Shown: positions 25,868 to 40,833, counted from the stretch's first letter. The stretch is 64,000 nucleotides of DNA from Eledone cirrhosa (GCA_964016885.1 OZ024743.1:347138001-347202000); one strand, 5' to 3'. Numbers and translations are program-made. Notes: a model not told the origin generated them from the sequence alone.

Positions 25868-26034
25868 TGATATATATATATATATATCTATATATATATA
25901 TATATATACATACATACATATATATGTATGTGTGCGTGTGTGTGTTTGTGTGTGTGTGTATAATACGTATATATACATTGACATACATATATATACACAC
26001 ACACACATATACGCATACTTTTCTTCCTTTTCTT

Positions 26035-26430
26035 CCGCTTCTTCTTCTTCTTCTTCTCTTCTTCACCCACATATCCCTTAGAGGTTCGTGGTGTAGAGTC
26101 CTCAAATAGTCTTTCCAGAAGCAACCATCTCCGACTGATCTGCATGGAACCCCATGTCAGACAGGCCAAGATCATGGATATTGTCCAATCATCACGCACG
26201 GCGTCTACCCCTGGGTCTCATGCTTGTTAGTTTTCCCCGTGATATCGCTCCAGCGATTCTTTCCTGAGACAATATAACCACATACACGTAGTATTGGAGC
26301 TGTGATCTCTCAATTGTGATTCTCAGAGTGCGAGTAACGTTACAAGAAAGTTCCTTCAGAAGAAGCCTATTGCGACTGCTAGTTTTCGTGATCTTATTCT
26401 TTCTGTCATTGCCCAAGATTCATGACCATG
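26035..26430 (-). mobile_element. 3' fragment of an RTE LINE with (GAA)n tail
   Basis: IERSQLQY...RGKLTSMRPRGRRR..LDNIHDL resembles the RTE ORF C-terminus; cttctt repeat at the 3' end. Confidence 0.6.
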
Positions 26431-26547
26431 GATAAGGGTGGGCGTGAATATCGGATTGTGAGTTTGGCTTTTACACCTACCTCCCTATAATGATGAAACT
26501 AAAGCAATTCTTTGCTTAAACTTTAATCTGATGCATACACACATACA

Positions 26548-26633
<86 letters not shown>

Positions 26634-27171
26634 TTCAGTTGCTACAACGGAACTATAAAAGATGCGTACGTTTCGTTGGTCATTGATGACCAACTTCTTC
26701 TTCTCTGCCGATTAAACAAACCAGAAAGTGTTTCCCTATAATTACGAAGCGAATTTCATCACCACTTAGCTATATCGGTATTCACTTTTTAGACATAATG
26801 TCCCTAGGACAATATAAAGAGTAGACTTAGGAAGATATTATCGTAATAATCATTTCGAGTGAGGCGACATCGTTGCTTCGAGAGATAGGAGGTAGATGAG
26901 ATGATACCTTTTATAGACATGGTATAAAATTGTGCATGTCTTTATTCAGGAAAACAACTGGGAACTTTTATCCTATTCCCAGCATGATCAGTTTAAAAAT
27001 ATATACACTAAGTCTCGTTTTAGTATAAATATTCAAGCGACAAAAAATATATATATTTTTAAGAATAATACAAGGTTATATTTCGACGTCCATTTAATGA
27101 ATATACGGCGCCGCACAACACCAAGTGTATGTATATACGCCTGTATTTATGTATGCCTGTATTTATGTATG

Positions 27172-27261
<90 letters not shown>

Positions 27262-27713
27262 ATATGTGTTTATATATATATGTGTGTGTGTGTATATATA
27301 TTTATATATGTGTGTGTATGTGTTTGTGTGTGTGTGTTAGTTCGTGCCTCTATATATTTATGAATACATTTATGTATTTATATATGTCTGTCTACATGTA
27401 AGCGTGTGTATGTATGTATCATTGTTTACACATACATTAGGATTTGTTTATATATAGATGCCGTACTGACCACATACCTACAATACCAGACATAATATAA
27501 CGACTGTCGACATCCCGGGTACAATTTGATATATAAACACCCTCTGGTAGGTAAGCATTATACATTATGTATAAATATAGTCTCCACACGCACATACATA
27601 TTCCCGGTCCTCTTATTGTCACATATTGTATATATATATACGCATGTATGTGTGCGTGTGTGTATGTATGCGTGATTATATATACATTTGTGTGTGTGTG
27701 TGTGTGTGTGAGT

Positions 27714-27748
<35 letters not shown>

Positions 27749-27789
27749 TGTGTGTGTGTATGTATGTCTGACCTAAAGCAAAATACTAT

Positions 27790-27795
27790 AATTAC

Positions 27796-27839
<44 letters not shown>

Positions 27840-27895
27840 TTCTTCTTATTATTATTATTATTTTTATCATTATTATTATCATTATTATTATCATA
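27790..27895. repeat. (ATT)n microsatellite
   Basis: Direct reading. Confidence 0.9.
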
Positions 27896-28464
27896 ATCGC
27901 TAGTATCATTACCCATGGATATCGTGATACTAGATCTGGAGCTACTGTGTATAGTGTTAGTAGAACCTGGTATGCAATTTCGGTTGACATCAGCTAACAA
28001 GGCAAAACCTTATAACATGTTAGTTATAAGATATTAAAACATATCGTTCGCCCACATCATTTCCCTTACACTTTAGGCGCCATGTTGTGTCGTGAGACGA
28101 TGTACGCAAACATGATCTGAATTAGACTTCATTATTTGTTACGATAAGTGAGGGAAGTCTAAACTTATGTGATTTTGGATGTTTTGTTTTGTTTTAATCT
28201 AAATATTGCGAGTATATTTCTGTATGTACGAACATATATATATGTATGTATGTATGTGTGTATGTATGTATGCATGTGTGTATGTATATGTGTATATATA
28301 TACGTATGTATGTATACATACATATATATATTTATATATATGTATATATGTATATATATATATATATATACACATATGAATGTATGTGTGTATGTATGTA
28401 TCACCTAAGGCAAAACACTATTACTGTTATTATATATATATTTATATATATATATATATATATA

Positions 28465-28885
28465 CTGCGGTTTTGAATTTGTTTTGCAAGATATTTTGTC
28501 TTATAAAGTGTGTTGAAACAAATATTATTATAGTTTAGGAGGGTCGTGCTGCCAATAAAAACACACGCACTTGTTTGATTTCAATTCAATGTATAATTGT
28601 AATTTACCAGTCGTTTATTTTAATATCTCGGGTGTTTCTTTAGTTTGTCAGCTCACAAAAACAAGATTGTTTAGGATAGAACAAAGGATAGACACAAATT
28701 ATCGAAAGTAATTACTAAGGTCACAGAATGTGTGACGAAAGAGCTTTGATGAAAATCAACATCTAAACAACTATCCATTTATTAAACTAACCGACTGGCA
28801 TATTTTAATAATAAATGGAAGTGAAATATAACAATATATGCTTCAACATACGTTTTCAGATTCGAAATCTTTCAAAATACACGTA
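28465..28885. mobile_element. Fold-back remnant of the PLE-2 pseudo-LTR family with a decayed hammerhead
   Basis: Left arm gggtcgtgctgccaataaa matches 11175 and 13130-13150. The right arm has gtcaca-gaatg-tgtgac GAAA gagc tt tga and ataacaatatatgcttcaacatacgttttcaga, matching 13155-13190. Confidence 0.65.
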
Positions 28886-29516
28886 GTTAAGTGTTTCTAT
28901 AACTGTATGCCAATTAGATATTAGTCAATAAAATTTTAACATAGCTGAAGTTTTGCAATTCAACTCGTATTTTCACAAGTACTTCCATATTTTCTGGGAC
29001 AGTATTCAAGTGAATCTTGACAATGTCACGATACTTCGCTGATTATTAATATACTGACTAAATCAAATACAAGATTAAATGTTGAAACTTCATATTATCT
29101 GCACAGAATTGTAGAAAAATTAGACAAATATAACGAATATATATCCAGCATTGTAATAAGCTTTCAAAAAAAATCTTAGATATTTACATGGTGTGCATGT
29201 AGATATTTTCAAGAGCCATTTCGACTCCCTGCTTATCAAGGTCGCAGAAGAAACCACAGCGCGAGTCGAAACACAAATATGTGTGGTAGCAACGAGTTCC
29301 CTTTTACATTAATGACCAACCAAGGAAAGATAGCTGTAGAAACTGTAGCAACATCGGCAGTGCCTCAGCCTGTCGAGTGGAACACGTTGATAGAGTAGTA
29401 GAGTAATATATGGCACCAACGTCGGGATTTTACATATCCCTCTCTCTTTCTTTCTCTTTCTCTCACTCACTTCTTTTCTCTTCCACTCTCTTTCTTTTCA
29501 TATATATATATATATA

Positions 29517-29980
29517 CCGGAGGTAATTACCGGTGCCCGTAGAAAGGTTACTGCCTAACTTATGACCAGTATCAACTATATATTATCTCCCTTAGCAAAT
29601 TATACTCCGTTCACCGTATTTATACCCATAACATTTAAAGTCATTATTGATGGCGATGTGATATTATTAGTATACCCTCTCAAGGTATGTAATTAAGGAC
29701 CTTACTTATTAATATCTGCCTCCGATGAGCCCCCCTGGGCGAAACACGTGTAAGAGCTATATAAAGATATGTTTTAACGGCTTGCAACTCTTTCATTCAC
29801 TCATTCTTTTGCTTATTCCAACTCTGCTTAATCTTTACACTGAATATTAACTTCTCTAATATTTAACCCTGATAACCCAAGCATTGAGCACATTACGCAT
29901 CCTCTTTTGGCATGTAGTATTCTATAACGCACCTCTTCATATCTCTTCTTTCTAGCCTCTTTTACGATACTGTAACCTAT
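29517..29980 (+). mobile_element. Non-coding ~465-bp insertion in (TA)n with a decayed hammerhead
   Basis: CCGATGA gccc-ccct-gggc GAAA cacgtg TA agagc at 29722-29757. Confidence 0.6.
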
Positions 29981-30991
29981 TATATATATATATATAAGAA
30001 TAAATGTGCTGCGGGGTTGCTAATGGGTTACATATGAATAAAGTTAGTCCTTCATCAGTATATATATATATATAACAAAGGTAGAACTATATATAACATT
30101 TTCGAAGGAAAATAAAGAATTGTATATGATAGTATGTAATTGCCACGCCGTTTTAGGATTAGCTCAATGCTAGTATGTAATATATAGGTTTGAAGAGAGA
30201 GAAGTTATTAGTGAGATTTGTAGGCAAATATAAACAAATATATCGAGTGTAAAACCAACTTCTATCATTTAAAAAATCATATTTATTTCAAAGAATTTCT
30301 ACATTCAATTGTTTGAAATGATATGAAACATTTCGCATAATCTGTGTCCCTACACCTACGCCTATATATTGACAGATTGTGGGAAATATTTCATAATATC
30401 TCAAATAATTGGATTTACAACTCCTTTGAAAAACGGGTAACGAAAGAAATATGCTTTCTTAAATATGTTTTTGTTTTTGTATTCTATTTTTGTTCACTAG
30501 TTTGTGTTTATATGTGTTTGTTGTTATTGGGCTTGTATATTTATTTATTTATATTTCCATTAAGTGAAAAAATATATAGAATACAAAAAGAAAAACAAAA
30601 GAAAAACACAGACACTGAAACGCGAACACACACACACCAAACTGTATACACACGCAAATGCATGCGTAGAGACAGAGACAAGAATAAATAAATAAATGAA
30701 TAAATAAATAAATAAAATTTGACATTACAATAAAATAGGAGGGAACATAATAGTACCACTGATGATGTTGCAGATGTGCAACGAAAGAACTTTGATAGAC
30801 TGTACATATATATTTATATGTGTATTTTTAACCGTTGGTCAATCAATGATCAAAATTGATTGCCAAATAAATTAACTATGGAGATATAAAGGATACAGAA
30901 GCGAAAACCAACCAAACAGTGAGTGTAGTCTGTTATTATTTCTGGCAGTATTATTACAACAATATTACCCTCCCCAAGTATAACAATATAT

Positions 30992-31102
<111 letters not shown>

Positions 31103-31135
31103 GAGAGAGAGAGAGAGGGGGGATACATAGATAGA

Positions 31136-31333
31136 TATAGGGTCTGTTGAAAAGTACATACGATGACCCCGATACACTCTTGGAATTATCAAATGATGTA
31201 TATTTTGATATAGTCCTTGGGAAGAGATATGCAGTTTTTAATAAGAAAATTTGAAATTAATGCATGCATGATTTCACATCTCCAGCATTAATCCTTCATA
31301 GTCAGCCTATGAACTTTTAAGCCGACCCTCGTA
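31136..31333. mobile_element. Mariner-type MITE
   Basis: Imperfect TIRs ggtctgttgaaaagtacata and tatgaacttttaagccgaccctcgta. A related left end lies at ~62516-62590. Confidence 0.65.
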
Positions 31334-31365
31334 TTTACTTACATAATTACATAATAAGTTCATAC

Positions 31366-31900
<535 letters not shown>

Positions 31901-32360
31901 CGTTATGTCGGGTCACTCTTGAGTGCTACTGGTAACATGTAACCCAGTACAACCTGTCGCATGGTGGGGTCTTCGGCGACTAAACTGGCAACCCCACCAA
32001 GTAAACTTGGTGATTTTGGACACCCTGCCGGACAAAAAACAAAACCTGACAAAGGGCGGAAGAACTCATAAGAGTCAACGGCCATCCGAAAGTGTGTAAA
32101 TATGTATATACACATGTACCGCGCGGTTAAACCACCGGGAGTGAAGGACCCTAGCCTTTGTCAGGGCATTCTTCTAGAAGGCAACTCAGGAAACTGGGAT
32201 AACTCCGATATAAAACCTGCGGCTCAGTAGTTGCCGATGATGTTGATCTTTTCTTGTTTTCGGGTTAAAGCTACTGTCGCTCAGAGAGTGGGATTGGCTC
32301 AGTGCAAAGTATTTCCTCACTTTAAAAAATATCTTCACGCACTGGCATTGCACGATAGAA
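31901..32360 (+). mobile_element. Non-coding element resembling an RTE 5' UTR derivative, with (ATT) tail
   Basis: GC-richer structured head with an HDV-like fold followed by ggcaacccc; no ORF. Confidence 0.5.
31925..31988 (+). ncRNA. HDV-like ribozyme candidate (partly decayed)
   Basis: P2 ccagt/actgg, L3 aacctgtc with cc able to pair gg (P1.1), partial P1 gcta/tggt, P4 around ttcg, J4/2 C-taa. Confidence 0.5.
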
Positions 32361-33659
32361 ATTATTAATAATTATTAATAATGGTATATCGTGCAATGGC
32401 CATACTCGATAACGAGGGGGCAGCCATCATCTTTTATACGCGTACATATATTTGATTTACATATGCTACTATATGTATACAAACACGCCTACATATTTTC
32501 AGGATGGATGGTGTTTCAATTGAGAATGTTATTTTGTATTGTGAGGCGCGATGTGAGTTCTATAAATTATTTTCTTTCTTATGCCTTGGATTGAAATGGA
32601 AAGTTTGCTTTAGCGTAGTTTTGCGCTATCGTGGACCCGCGTTGGTGTAATTTAAGGCGGTTTAGGTTTTTCTTAAAGTACACGTGCTCCATAAGGTTGA
32701 TGAATATTCCATTGTGGTATGGTGTGCTGTGTATTTCACTGTTGGTACCCCGTAGTGAATTTTATTGTATATTTCTGTTATTTATTTTTTGTACGTGGAT
32801 GTTTTGTTTTTACATTCTTTCAGAACTTAGCCTGGGAAGTCTGAATTTTTTTCACCATGATTTGGTCGTGGATGATATACAGATTTATTTAGTTGAATGT
32901 TGGTGTTTTATAACTCGTAGTGGTGGAGCTGTCCGGCAATATGGCGTGGTATGAATTAATATAGTTGACAATAAAACCTTTATGCAACTACTGCTAGTCT
33001 CTATAACTATTCTTCTTTCATCTGTATTCTATTAAACACATACTTTCTTAGTATAAACACTAGCCTACATGCGGCCATTATCAATAGTGGCAGTTGTGGT
33101 AAGGAAGATAGGGGTGGAGACTGACTGCTCCATCTCCTAGGCTTGTGTTTTCAAATACTTGAATTTCCTCTCACAATATTTACAATCAAAGCAAAATCTA
33201 GAAAAAAAATAAAGTAAATTTTGAATATATACCAAAAGTAAATAGATAATATTGTTTGTTTAGTATTTTTTTCTTCTGTATATTTGACAATTTTGCATGC
33301 AGTTTGCCCTTTTGATTTGACTGAAAAGTGCAGTGTATTTGCTTGGTAGCATTATTTAGATTTGTTGTACTTTGGGAGAGTCACTTTGCTAATAAAATAT
33401 ACACGCACAGGCCGTTGTTACTTTCAATTGATTTAATCAATTATTTAATTAGTTGATTAGTAAGTTGATTAATTGGACATTTTAATTCCCTTCGTCTCAT
33501 CTTCCTCTGCTGGATTCTGTTGATTTGATTGTTGTTTTTGTTGTGCATTTGTTTAGCTCTATGTTAGCATACCTATGTTCGAAAAACATTATAATTTCAA
33601 GCTATACTAACGTGTTTCATTTATTTTACAAACATACTTATTATCAAGAACTATTGACA

Positions 33660-34040
33660 CGGGTAAGCACGAGGGGTTAAGGTGTGTGCTTCATTGCTAT
33701 GAGGTTTCTGGTTTGATCCCACTGCATTGTATCATGACTATGTGTCTTTTAACCCTTTAGTATTTAAACCGGCCATATCCGGCCAGAATTCGCTCACCTC
33801 TTTCGGTTAAAGCCGGTCGTAACTAGCCACTCATATTGATGTTAAGGTCTTGTTTTCAAAGTAAATAATAAAATCATCAAAATCTCATAGATTCGACGTG
33901 AATAATTATGTGAGATAAAACCTTTACTGCGAAAATACAATAGTAGATATAGAGTAATGTGAATGCTAAGGGGTTAACATATCATTGGATAGCCCATACA
34001 TTGTGAATGACATTTTGTAGAAAGTAACATTGGAAGCTCC
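33660..34040 (+). mobile_element. Decayed tRNA-derived SINE interrupted by a MITE
   Basis: B-box-like ggtttgatccc at ~33710-33720; the SINE-like body resumes after 33977. Confidence 0.45.
33753..33973. mobile_element. piggyBac-type MITE
   Basis: TTAA duplication (33749-33752, 33974-33977) and TIRs ccctttagtattt/gaatgctaagggg. Confidence 0.7.
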
Positions 34041-35531
34041 ACGAAAGAGATAAACGTATCCCGTTGATTATGCATTCGGATTACATAAGGTATTTCTTGA
34101 CAATATCTTAACATCAACATATATTCCTAGATAGAAATATATTTTAAGAAGCGATGTGAGGAAAAGACGGGATATTTCATTTTGGTAAACCTAGATTCAT
34201 AATCATATCTTGACCATGCATAACGTGAGTTACACAACTCATGATTGACCCTCTTTTGGTATTGACGATCAGCATTCAGTTACGCGATCCCACGAATTAC
34301 CTACTCGTTAAATCAATCTGTAATTGGTTAACTATTCCACAGACGAAATTCTGAATTCGAATCAGTTTAATACAATATGTGCCAAGTCAAGACCTTTGAA
34401 TTCCAAGTACAATATATCGTTCGGACTTCACAACTTCTATTTCCTCACACTTACTCAAAACGATTGTATAGAAATGGAGCAATGGGAAAAAAGCATTTTT
34501 AATGCTGTAACACAGTGGTGCTGAACCTGGAAGTACGATATAGCTTTTTCTACGTTCATACACAACATCAACAACACTATGGAAGACCATACTGGAAAAT
34601 GCAACACTAGATAAATTTTGAATGAAATGTATAAGACTCATTCAGAGCTAGATCACTTTTGATTATATGTCTACATCAGAAATTCCTAACGTAGATTCCG
34701 AGTAATTTTAGTTCCGCGAGATAGAGTGTAAAATGTAATTCATGTTTTCTCAAATTCTCTCTCTAAAAATTGTTTTTGTTTCAATTAATAACTAATTAAA
34801 TTTCAGATGATGCAGATTGTTTTAAATATAGTTATGAGTACCGCGATCTTCAGAAAATCGTATAAGTTTTCCGCAAATAAATTAGTTTTGAAAATACTGG
34901 CTTACTCGATGAGGTGAGACGTGTGGCTAAACAGAATGAACATGGCATTGTCCAATAAAAACAATACGGTAGATAATTCTGTTATTAGAATGAGGTCATC
35001 ACGAGAAAAACCTAACATATATCAATAGAAAGGTGCCAATAAGAAAAACAGTAGCAAAATTAAAAAGATCAATATCAACTATGACAAAATAAATCTATCT
35101 AACATTATCATTACAAGCAGCAGACCAGCAAATTTCTTAAGAAAGGGGAACAAAATGATATCTACCAAAACATCACTATCATCAAACCAGAGAAATCACT
35201 TCTAATATACACGAATATTTATTACGAGTTTGTGTATATATAAGAAAGATTATGTCGGAAATAAGATGAGGAATTTAAAGAAAGGAGGTGTCTCTCATGA
35301 AGATGAGATTCTGTGGAAATAGTTAAGATCGTTTCTGAAGAATTTTTGGTAAATATTTACACAAGAAGATTGAATTTGCTGCCATTGGTTTAATAGAGTT
35401 TAATAGATTTATGTTGTTTACTGACTTAGCAATCAAGATAGGTTCTGCGTATTCCAACATGCAGGCTTATATATATTGTATGTATCTTATATATATATAT
35501 ATATATATACACATACATACTTCATATATAC

Positions 35532-35601
<70 letters not shown>

Positions 35602-35666
35602 TCATATATATACACACACACATACTCACTGACATACACACACACATATATTTTTACATATATACA

Positions 35667-35715
<49 letters not shown>

Positions 35716-35950
35716 ATGTATATAAATTCTCAATGAGCCTCGTTTTATGTATGCGTGCGTGGTTGTGTATGTCAAACATTTTGTGTTCTATTTATGGTGA
35801 GATATCCGACCTACGTCTAAAACCTATCTTTTCAATTTCGCTAGTATTTATTTAAATATTCTATTTACATTTGAAATGTACTGTTTAGAACACATAAACA
35901 AACAACATATTTGTAGATTTCGATTTGATAATCTGGGAAACATTATATAC

Positions 35951-36045
<95 letters not shown>

Positions 36046-37393
36046 CACATACACATACATGTATATATGTATGTGTATGTGTGTGTGTTTGTTAAGTGGG
36101 TGCGTATGTATTGGGAGATATACATTTACAAATACGTAAGTAGCATCTATGTATATTTTTTCTTTTGATCCATTAAATTCATATTATATCTCTTACAATG
36201 TTACTTACGTCTAGCTACGTGCTTCTCTGTAGCTAGCTGCCAGGAAACGACAATATATTTATTGAATATCTCCTTCAAGAAATTGACACACAATCCAAGA
36301 TGAGATCAGTTTCACATCCATATTGATGGTTTGGGCCATTGCCTAATCCTTGACTCCCATGATCACAGAGATTAAGAAAAAATAAATATATTTGATTATT
36401 GAATAAATATATGACGTACATGAAGCTCAGAATCTGGCTTTTGTGGACCGCTTCATGGTTTCTTTGTCTTTAATCAACTGAGAGTATAAAATATCATTTT
36501 ATCGTAGTGGGTAAAATCTAAGTGCTACTGGTGGAAAGTATTTTCAGTTGACTAGACTGGAGCAACGGAAAATGAAGAGTCTTGCTAAAGAACACAATGT
36601 ATTGCTAGAGCTGATATTCGAAGCGTCGAGATTACAAATGTGGGCCCAACTACCTAATTCCCCTACCGCGAACTCTCCCTCTATATAAACATAGACCTTT
36701 AAAAAATATACAATGAAAAATACATGCAAATTATTTTTTATGATCTATGTCGCTAATTGGGAAAATATATGTTGTCACAAACAAATATATTCAACATTTC
36801 GTGTCCTAATGCTACAGATAGTATATATTCCTATTCATGGAATGTATTAAATAGAGAATGGTGGAAAACTCGCATTGTAGTTAGTGCTTGCAATATTTAT
36901 AGCAGTTACAAAACTGCTGAGGTCAAACTTGTTATTGCTTCTTTCAGGATCGATGAAATAATGTACCAGTCGAGGCCAGTGGATCGGTGTTATTTTAATC
37001 AGGCTCATTATTTTCTGAGTTTCAATAGCATATTTTGGTTGGTAGAATTAATCCGACGACTGATACAACAAAAGCAACATTTTTTGTGCACTTATTATAT
37101 TATCTATTTAATACATTCCATGAATAGGAATATATATTATCTGAAGCATTGGGACACGAAATGTTGACTATTTTTGGTTATTACAACATATATTTTCCCA
37201 ATTAGCAATAAGGATCATAAAAAATGGTATGTATTTTCATTGTGTTTTATTAAAGGTTTATATTTATATAAACCAGAATTTCTGAAAATTAAGAGAGTAA
37301 GAGGAGGATTAGGCAATTTAGTAAATAGTCCAGTTTCAGAAGAATTTCGTAATATATATTTACTTATATGTGAGTGTGGGCTTACGTATGCAC

Positions 37394-37485
37394 TCAGGAA
37401 ACCGGCGGATGAGCCTCGGTCGTTTCTACAGCAAGATCCGGATCTAGCTGTTGAAACGGCCGGAACTCAGCCGTTGGGGACCTGA
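37394..37485. repeat. ~90-bp imperfect palindrome
   Basis: Centred on agatcc|ggatct; the right arm recurs at ~61250-61296. Confidence 0.7.
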
Positions 37486-37818
37486 ATCTTTATATATATA
37501 TATAAATATATATATATATAGCTGTGTGTGTGTGTGTGTGTGTTTGTACGTGTTCACGTATAAAAATATATATGGAACCATGGGTGAAACATCCATGTCA
37601 CTTTTAGCGTTTCTATGTAACATATTTTCTACATTTCATTTCGCGTATTGAGTGCTCATTTACTTAATATTTACCAAAATTTAAGTATGTTAGGCATAAA
37701 TCATACACATTAATTCACACACATATGTATATACACATATGCATACATACAAACACACACACACACACACATACATATGTGTGTGTGTGTGTGTGTATGA
37801 GAGAGAGAGTGATATATC

Positions 37819-37892
<74 letters not shown>

Positions 37893-38002
37893 TATACATA
37901 CCAGCATGCATACATATTATTTATACAATTATACAAGTTTATCAACGCATAACCAGCAAGCTTGGGAAAATAGCAAAATGTAATAAAAAGAAATTGCTGG
38001 TC

Positions 38003-38106
38003 AGATTGAAATGCAGGCAAAAGCGGACGCATCGCAGGTCAAAAGAAATGTTTAAATAACCTTTTCTTGCCTGTGCGTGTCTCGCTCTTCCGTTTGCTGG
38101 CAATCT
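38003..38106. ncRNA. Pre-miRNA-like hairpin candidate
   Basis: agcggacgcatcgcaggtcaaaagaa pairs with ttttcttgcctgtgcgtgtctcgct around a ~14-nt loop, with basal helices gcaggc/gtttgc and agattg/caatct. Single copy in the window. Confidence 0.4.
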
Positions 38107-38485
38107 ATTCATTTTTCCAGTGCCTCCGTCTGAACTGCAACTGCTCTATCTACACATTTTCTACTGTTTGCTCGTTTGCCTATATGTCATGCCTCTATAT
38201 AAGAGAAACAGAATAAAAAAAAAAAGCTCAATGAGATACATATGCCAGTTCAATGAACTGTGAATAGAAAAATCGTCTTTTATAGCCTTTTATCACATCT
38301 ATCTCGTATGGCGAATTTAATCCATCTCTTTTCTTCTTTCCAGCATCATATCAACCAACTGAATACTATCATCACAGCTAGACTATCGTCCCCAGCCTTA
38401 CCGACGTCTCATTTTCACCTCTACTTAACGTTGTCACAATTCTTAAGCCCAATATCTGTATTTTACTTTGCATCATATGCATACT

Positions 38486-38541
<56 letters not shown>

Positions 38542-38608
38542 CACACACACACACAGACATATATATCTATCTATCTATCTATCTATATATATATATATTC
38601 ATTCATTC

Positions 38609-38649
<41 letters not shown>

Positions 38650-38772
38650 AACAAACAAACACACATACATACTTACCTACAATTATATTACCATTTTATT
38701 GCTTTTGTTCAATATTTTCTCACGAACACTCTATCACCAAACCTTTCTCCGAGCCATCGTTCTCTCACTCCA

Positions 38773-38808
<36 letters not shown>

Positions 38809-38883
38809 CCTCTCCCTCTCTCCCCTTTCTCTCTCCCTATCACACACTCTCTTTCAATCACATACGCCCTCTCTCTCTCCCCC

Positions 38884-38969
<86 letters not shown>

Positions 38970-39448
38970 CTATCTAACTGTTTATCTAAACAATTTATAT
39001 TAAAATCCACGTTTATTTCCCGCTTTCAATAGTCTTCCCTTCAATGTCTTGCTTCATAACTCATTTCTACTCTCCCTTTCTCTCATTCGCTTTCTGTTTC
39101 TTCCTCACTTTCATCCCCCTCTGTCTGTCTCTCTCTAAATACATACAGTATATATATTTCTTTCTCATCGTATCTTTAGCATCGTATGCTATTACACACA
39201 AACACACATGCGAACACGTACATAATATTTTCTCTTATTCTCCTCAATACATTATACTCCTACCAATTTTCACTTCTTTTCTCTCCTCGTTAATCGTGAC
39301 ATTCTGCCTAGTAAAAAGCTGCACTTAATTTATCTGGGTCACAACAGATTGGAAAATATCCTTAAGATCTTTGAATGCATAAAGTTCCTGAGTGGTTTAT
39401 GTTTAATAACTTAGCTAATCGCAGTCACAATAAATTATAGAAATGTAT

Positions 39449-39550
<102 letters not shown>

Positions 39551-39579
39551 TATGAATAAAGAGTTCTAAACTCAAACAG

Positions 39580-39684
<105 letters not shown>

Positions 39685-39718
39685 CACATACACACACACG
39701 CACACGCACACACACACG

Positions 39719-39767
<49 letters not shown>

Positions 39768-39782
39768 GAGTGTGTGTGTGTG

Positions 39783-39828
<46 letters not shown>

Positions 39829-40170
39829 AACATACATACATATATGATGGCTACATCTCGCTTCTTCGTGAATTGCCAATACTTGATCTATTTCTTCCTT
39901 ATGGATGACCAGAACATGACTTTTTTGCCCTGATAAGGACTTACGTTCTTTCCTCTATACGGTGCAGCGAAAGAGAAATAAAGCTTTTCGAAACTACAGC
40001 CGGCCATGCTCAAGTATAACTTGTTGAAGAAATTTGGAATTTCCGGATGATTTCATATAAATGAAACATTTCTAATCATGTAGAAGCCATTTCTATATAA
40101 AATAAATATATATATTCTCTGCTAATATATTGAGCTTTCTTCCCGATCAACTTTGAAAGGCACACACACA

Positions 40171-40263
<93 letters not shown>

Positions 40264-40268
<5 letters not shown>

Positions 40269-40469
40269 AGCTATCGCCGTATTTTGACTAAAGAAATTAA
40301 ACAAATTATTTAGCCTGATAGTGGGGTTAAGAACCCTCGGAGAAATGGAAAAAGATGAGTATTGACGTCAATACTCATCTTTTTCCATTTCTCCGAGGGT
40401 TCTTAACCCCACTATCAGGCTAAATAATTTGTTTAATTTCTTTAGTCAAAATACGGCGATAGCTAACAT
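40264..40469. repeat. 206-bp perfect palindrome with ~50-nt tail, in (TA)n
   Basis: 103-bp arms centred on gac|gtc (40366/40367), with no spacer. Confidence 0.92.
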
Positions 40470-40515
40470 TTCTAATAATTTCAAATCCACTCGCTGTTTC
40501 GAAAATATTCTCACT

Positions 40516-40573
<58 letters not shown>

Positions 40574-40833
40574 TTATCCCGGGTTCAATTGGGGGTAATC
40601 ACAGTAAATAGGGAACTCAATACATAGCAGAATATAAATATTTAATATAGAAATGGCTTCTACAGGACTAGAACTGTTTTATTCGGAAGAAATGACCAGG
40701 ACAGCTCGCGATTGAACGTGGGATAAATATATCTTATAGCACTTTACTGTGCCCCTCTGAACCAGGGCTTTCCTGATCATTTTTTCCGAATGAAACAGTT
40801 CTAGTCCTGTAGAAGCTATTTATATATTAAATT
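40574..40833. mobile_element. Fold-back mini-element of the 15754-15964 family
   Basis: Arms ctacaggactagaactgttt and aaacagttctagtcctgtag with ~80-nt spacer, plus the same tail. Confidence 0.75.

Noticed and set aside
27755-28432. Short duplication acctaa(a/g)gcaaaa(t/c)acta
   Set aside because: Most simply a microsatellite-associated local duplication with no further structure
32400-33000. Possible decayed PLE 3' end (also 35030-35200)
   Set aside because: Only faint peptide resemblance (INLS, IIKPEK); too weak to annotate
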